Origin: Sminthopsis crassicaudata
Lineage: Eukaryota
Direction of reading: 5' to 3'
Assembly: GCF_048593235.1 (NCBI RefSeq)
Contig: NC_133619.1
Coordinates: 635,478,558-635,542,557 of the forward strand
DNA length: 64,000 bases
Made by a program: the position numbers and the translations under genes. The number at the start of each line of letters is the position of its first letter. Positions within the stretch are counted from its first letter, which is position 1. The notes beneath the pieces are model-generated. The model searched no databases. It worked only from the letters and a program-made list of their open reading frames with translations, and was not told where the DNA came from. Of the stretch, positions 60,157 to 64,000 are shown one piece after another.

Positions 60157-60289
60157 TCCATATACTATATCTGCATGTATTAATATCCTATATCAATCTA
60201 TGTTTATATTTTATATATTCTAATATTGCATATATGCTAATATTTGAGACCATATATTCTATTTCTTTTAATGTTATATATAAATATAT

Positions 60290-61530
60290 TCTAATATTCT
60301 ACAAGATATATTCTAATATTGTATATAATCCATTTAAATAGTCTATATAATATATTTATAATCCTAATATTGTATATAATCCAATTAAATAGTCTATATC
60401 ATATTTTTATATATTCTAATATTGTATATAATCCATTTAAATAGTCTATATAATATATTTATAATCTTAATATTGTATATAATCCAATTAAATAGTCTAT
60501 ATCATATTTTTATATATTCTAATATTGTATATAATCCATTTAAATAGTCTATATAATATATTTATAATCCTAATATTGTATATAATCCAATTAAATAGTC
60601 TATATCATATTTTTATATATTCTAATATTGTATATAATCCATTTAAATAGTCTATATCATATTTTTATATATTCTAATATTGTATATAATCTAGTTAAAT
60701 AATCCATATCAAATTTATATATTCTAATATCATATATAATCCATTTAATCTTTACCATATATTTATATATTCTAATATTGTATATAATCCATTTAAATAG
60801 TCTATATCATATTTTTATATATTCTAATATTGTATATAATCCATTTAATCTTTACTATATATTTATATATTCTAATATTGTATATAATCTAGTTAAATAA
60901 TCCATATCAAATTTATATATTCTAATATCATATATAATCCATTTAATCTTTACCATATATTTATATATTCTAATATTGTATATAATCCATTTAAATAGTC
61001 TATATCATATTTTTATATATTCTAATATTGTATATAATCCATTTAATCTTTACTATATATTTATATATTCTAATATTGTATATAATCTAGTTAAATAATC
61101 CATATTAAATTTATATATTCTAATATCATATATAATCCATTTAATCTTTACCATATATTTATATATTCTAATATTGTATATAATCCATTTAAATAGTCTA
61201 TATCATATATTTATATATTTTTATATTGTATATAATCCATTTAAATAGTCTATATCATATATTTATATATTCTAATATTGTATATAATCCATTTAAATAG
61301 TCTATATCATATATTTATATATTCTAATATTGTATATAATCCAATTAAATTGTCTATATCATATATTTATATATTCTAATATTGTATATAATCTAGTTAA
61401 ATAATCATATCAAATTTATATATTCTAATATCATATATAATCCATTTAGTCTTTACCATATATTTATATATTCTAATATTGTATATAATCCATTTAAATA
61501 GTCTATATCATATATTTACATATTCTAACA
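60290..61530. repeat. AT-rich ~46-52 bp minisatellite with 198-bp four-unit higher-order repeat in TNFRSF18 intron 2
   Basis: Core TCTAATATTGTATATAATCC; variant unit recurs at 60673, 60871, 61069; degenerate flanks extend ~59870-61760. Confidence 0.92.
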
Positions 61531-63119
61531 ACCTCTATCAATCTTTTAAAATATATTATATTTATATATCATATATCAATATTCTATATCAATCTACTCT
61601 AATTGTTCATATAATATAATCTATTATATTATAATGTGATTATAATATTCTAATAATCCATATAAAGCTATTCTAATATCTTATGTTCTATATCAAGCTA
61701 TTCTAATAGCCTATATCATATATTCCACATATTTTAATACTCTATATCAAGCTATTTTGATAGTCTGAAACACAGGGGACTGAAAGGAAGTGGGGTTACT
61801 AGTCAGACACTCAATAAACAGACACTGAATAAGCAAGCTCACTATGTGCTCCATAACAAAAGGAGGAATTCGGAGGAGGAAGGATTCAGAGAGTGAAATA
61901 AAATAAATTCTACTTTGGAAATATTGAACTTGATAACTAAATTCAGTAAGTATTCATTAACTGTCATAAGCCAGGCATGGGGGATACAAAGACAGAAAGG
62001 AAATGAGCCTCTGGGATATTTAAGTGGCTAACTAATGGAGCCCAATGGGATTCTAAAGAGAAAATAAAACTGATTGATATGGAACATTAGAATGTATAGA
62101 ATATTAAAAGAGATTAACATAAAATATTAGAATATATGACATGGACTATTAGAATAGCTTGATATAGAATGCAGAATAATTTTTTAGTATTTATAAAATT
62201 GGGCCATAGGATGTGTGGTGAAGAATAATTGAATGTGAATAAAAGGCTTTACCTGCAATGGTGAAGGCTTGGCTAAACCCCATAGTGTTTAGTTCTCCAG
62301 GGGTGCTCAACTTAGGAGTAGAAGCCAGGCAGAAATAATCTATTAATAAGCATATATTAAGCACTTACTGTATATTAGCACTGTGCTAGAGGATCTAGGA
62401 TAAAAGAGCAAAAACCAAAGCAGTTCCAGACGTTAAACACTTTATATTCTAATTGGAGTGTATGTAGAAATGGGAAGAAATCCTAAATGTGTACAAAGTA
62501 AATTTAATATAATGGCAATATATTTTTATAATATAATAATTTTATATATTATATAAATATATACTTATATAATCTATTATATGATTTGAATTTCAATTAT
62601 AATGGTAATATAATAATTTGGGGGGGGGGTGAGAAAGGAAGAGGATAAGGCAGCAGCATCTAATGGATCAGAAAAGCTGAGCCGTGAGGGAGGCTTGGCA
62701 GTCTGAGAGGGAACCACGAGCAGGGGGCCACTCTAGGACTAGTGTCTGGCCACTAAGAGGGGAGATGAGAAATGGCAAGAGGCCATTCTGACCCGAAGGA
62801 GATTGTGTGAGAAGTCACGTCTCATAAGCCTGGAAGGATGGAGCCAGATTGTTGAAACAGCCACCAGATTTTGTGCTTTGTCCTTGAAGTGAGGGGGAAT
62901 GAGGGACATTTGGTGACTGGGGAGTGGCTGGGTCAGATCTGCACCTTGGAGAGAGCTATTGGGCAGCCGATCGGAGGGTGGATGGGAGAAAAGAGAGGTC
63001 AGCGAGGCAGCGAGAACACCAGGAGGCTTGGACAGTGGTCCAGGAGAGAGAGAGATGATGGACGTGAATCCACTGGTGTGGTCAACGGGAAGATGGCCAA
63101 GGCTGGGGACATATAACAA

Positions 63120-63690
63120 GACATGTGTGTATATTTATGTATGTATATATGTGTATGCATGTATATGTATAAGTATGTATATCTATAGCACACACATGCA
63201 TCGATGTGTATACAGCATGCAATACACATATGTACATGTGCATGTATATGCATGCACACATGTGCACATGCATTTATTGTTGAATGACTAAAATGCAATA
63301 CATATATGCATTTTTGTGCATATAGCTTGCATACATATATGTATATTGCATTTATGTGTGTGCATGCACAGATATAGTACACATGTGCATGTGCATGCAT
63401 GTCTATGTATGGATAGCTGCCTATATGTGTGTGAACATCCATGCATAAACCACACTGCACACATATGGACATGGTACAGATATAAATCTATATGCACAGA
63501 ATCAAAATCTGTATATATAATCACACATATAAACATTGCAATATCCAAGTACAAAGCAATACCGCAATATAAACATACATATACATACAGGCAAACACAT
63601 GTATGTGTATACATGTATACATGTGCATAAGCCGAATATACATGCCGAATATACATGCATGTGAACAGTCTATATACACCTAGATTTCCA
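63120..63690. repeat. Low-complexity alternating purine-pyrimidine (CATA/TGCA/TATG) tract
   Basis: Direct inspection; similar tract at ~46330-46540. Confidence 0.8.
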
Positions 63691-63867
63691 CACATCTGCA
63701 CTCAGACACCTGGCTGCTGTGCCCTGCCCACCCCCCTCCCCCAGCCATGGTGGGTCCTCCATTCCTGGACAAAGGGGGACGTGTCCCCTCCTCCAGAGTC
63801 TGTGGCTCCCCTATCAACCCCCACTCTGCCATCCTTCCCAGCCAGCTGTTCATTGTTCTGTCCCCAG

Positions 63868-63955
63868 GAACCTTTCTTTTCGGTTTCTCTTGCGGGGACT
63901 GTGAAGATGGAACCTACTCAAACGGCATGGATGACAAATGTCTACCCTGGACTGA
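63868..63955 (+). CDS. TNFRSF18: TNFRSF18 exon 3 (gene continues beyond window)
   Basis: CAG acceptor, GTAAG donor 63956; GTFLFGFSCGDCEDGTYSNGMDDKCLPWT(D/E); 88 nt; matches GITR FxFGFxCxxCxxGTFS...CxxWT pattern. Confidence 0.93.
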
Positions 63956-64000
63956 GTAAGTTGGACCTGAGAGCAGAGAGTGGGAGGGAGGGGAGGGGAT

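Overview
Eukaryotic, mammalian genomic DNA from a marsupial (probably an Australian dasyurid, inferred from the WSINE1/Mar1-type SINEs, marsupial L1 3' UTRs and an OC1-type hAT MITE), in a draft assembly with many N gaps. Three genes lie in tandem on the + strand in the same order as human 1p36.33: the last two coding exons of SDF4 (Cab45; 2049-2224, 6800-6976, ending HEEF), a complete 7-exon TNFRSF4 (OX40; 17211-28482, 834 nt, 277 aa, PIQEE TRAF motif) and the first three exons of TNFRSF18 (GITR; 55773-63955, continuing beyond the window). The locus is much larger than in human because of L1, SINE, L2/L3, LTR and hAT insertions and several tandem arrays. No prokaryotic system, CRISPR array, tRNA or rRNA is supported. 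Best candidates for a second look: a perfect 26-bp-arm hairpin inside an AT-rich GITR intron; a ~5 kb UG-rich higher-order array in OX40 intron 3 carrying about 20 consensus GTAAGT decoy donors; a minisatellite with an inverted copy 1.1 kb away; an OC1-type (horizontally transferred family) hAT element; a young L1 with 948 uninterrupted ORF2 codons and an 18-bp TSD; and same-family L1 poly(A) fragments about 920-930 bp upstream of both receptor start codons. Comparisons with human/mouse proteins and repeat consensuses are from memory and need alignment to confirm.
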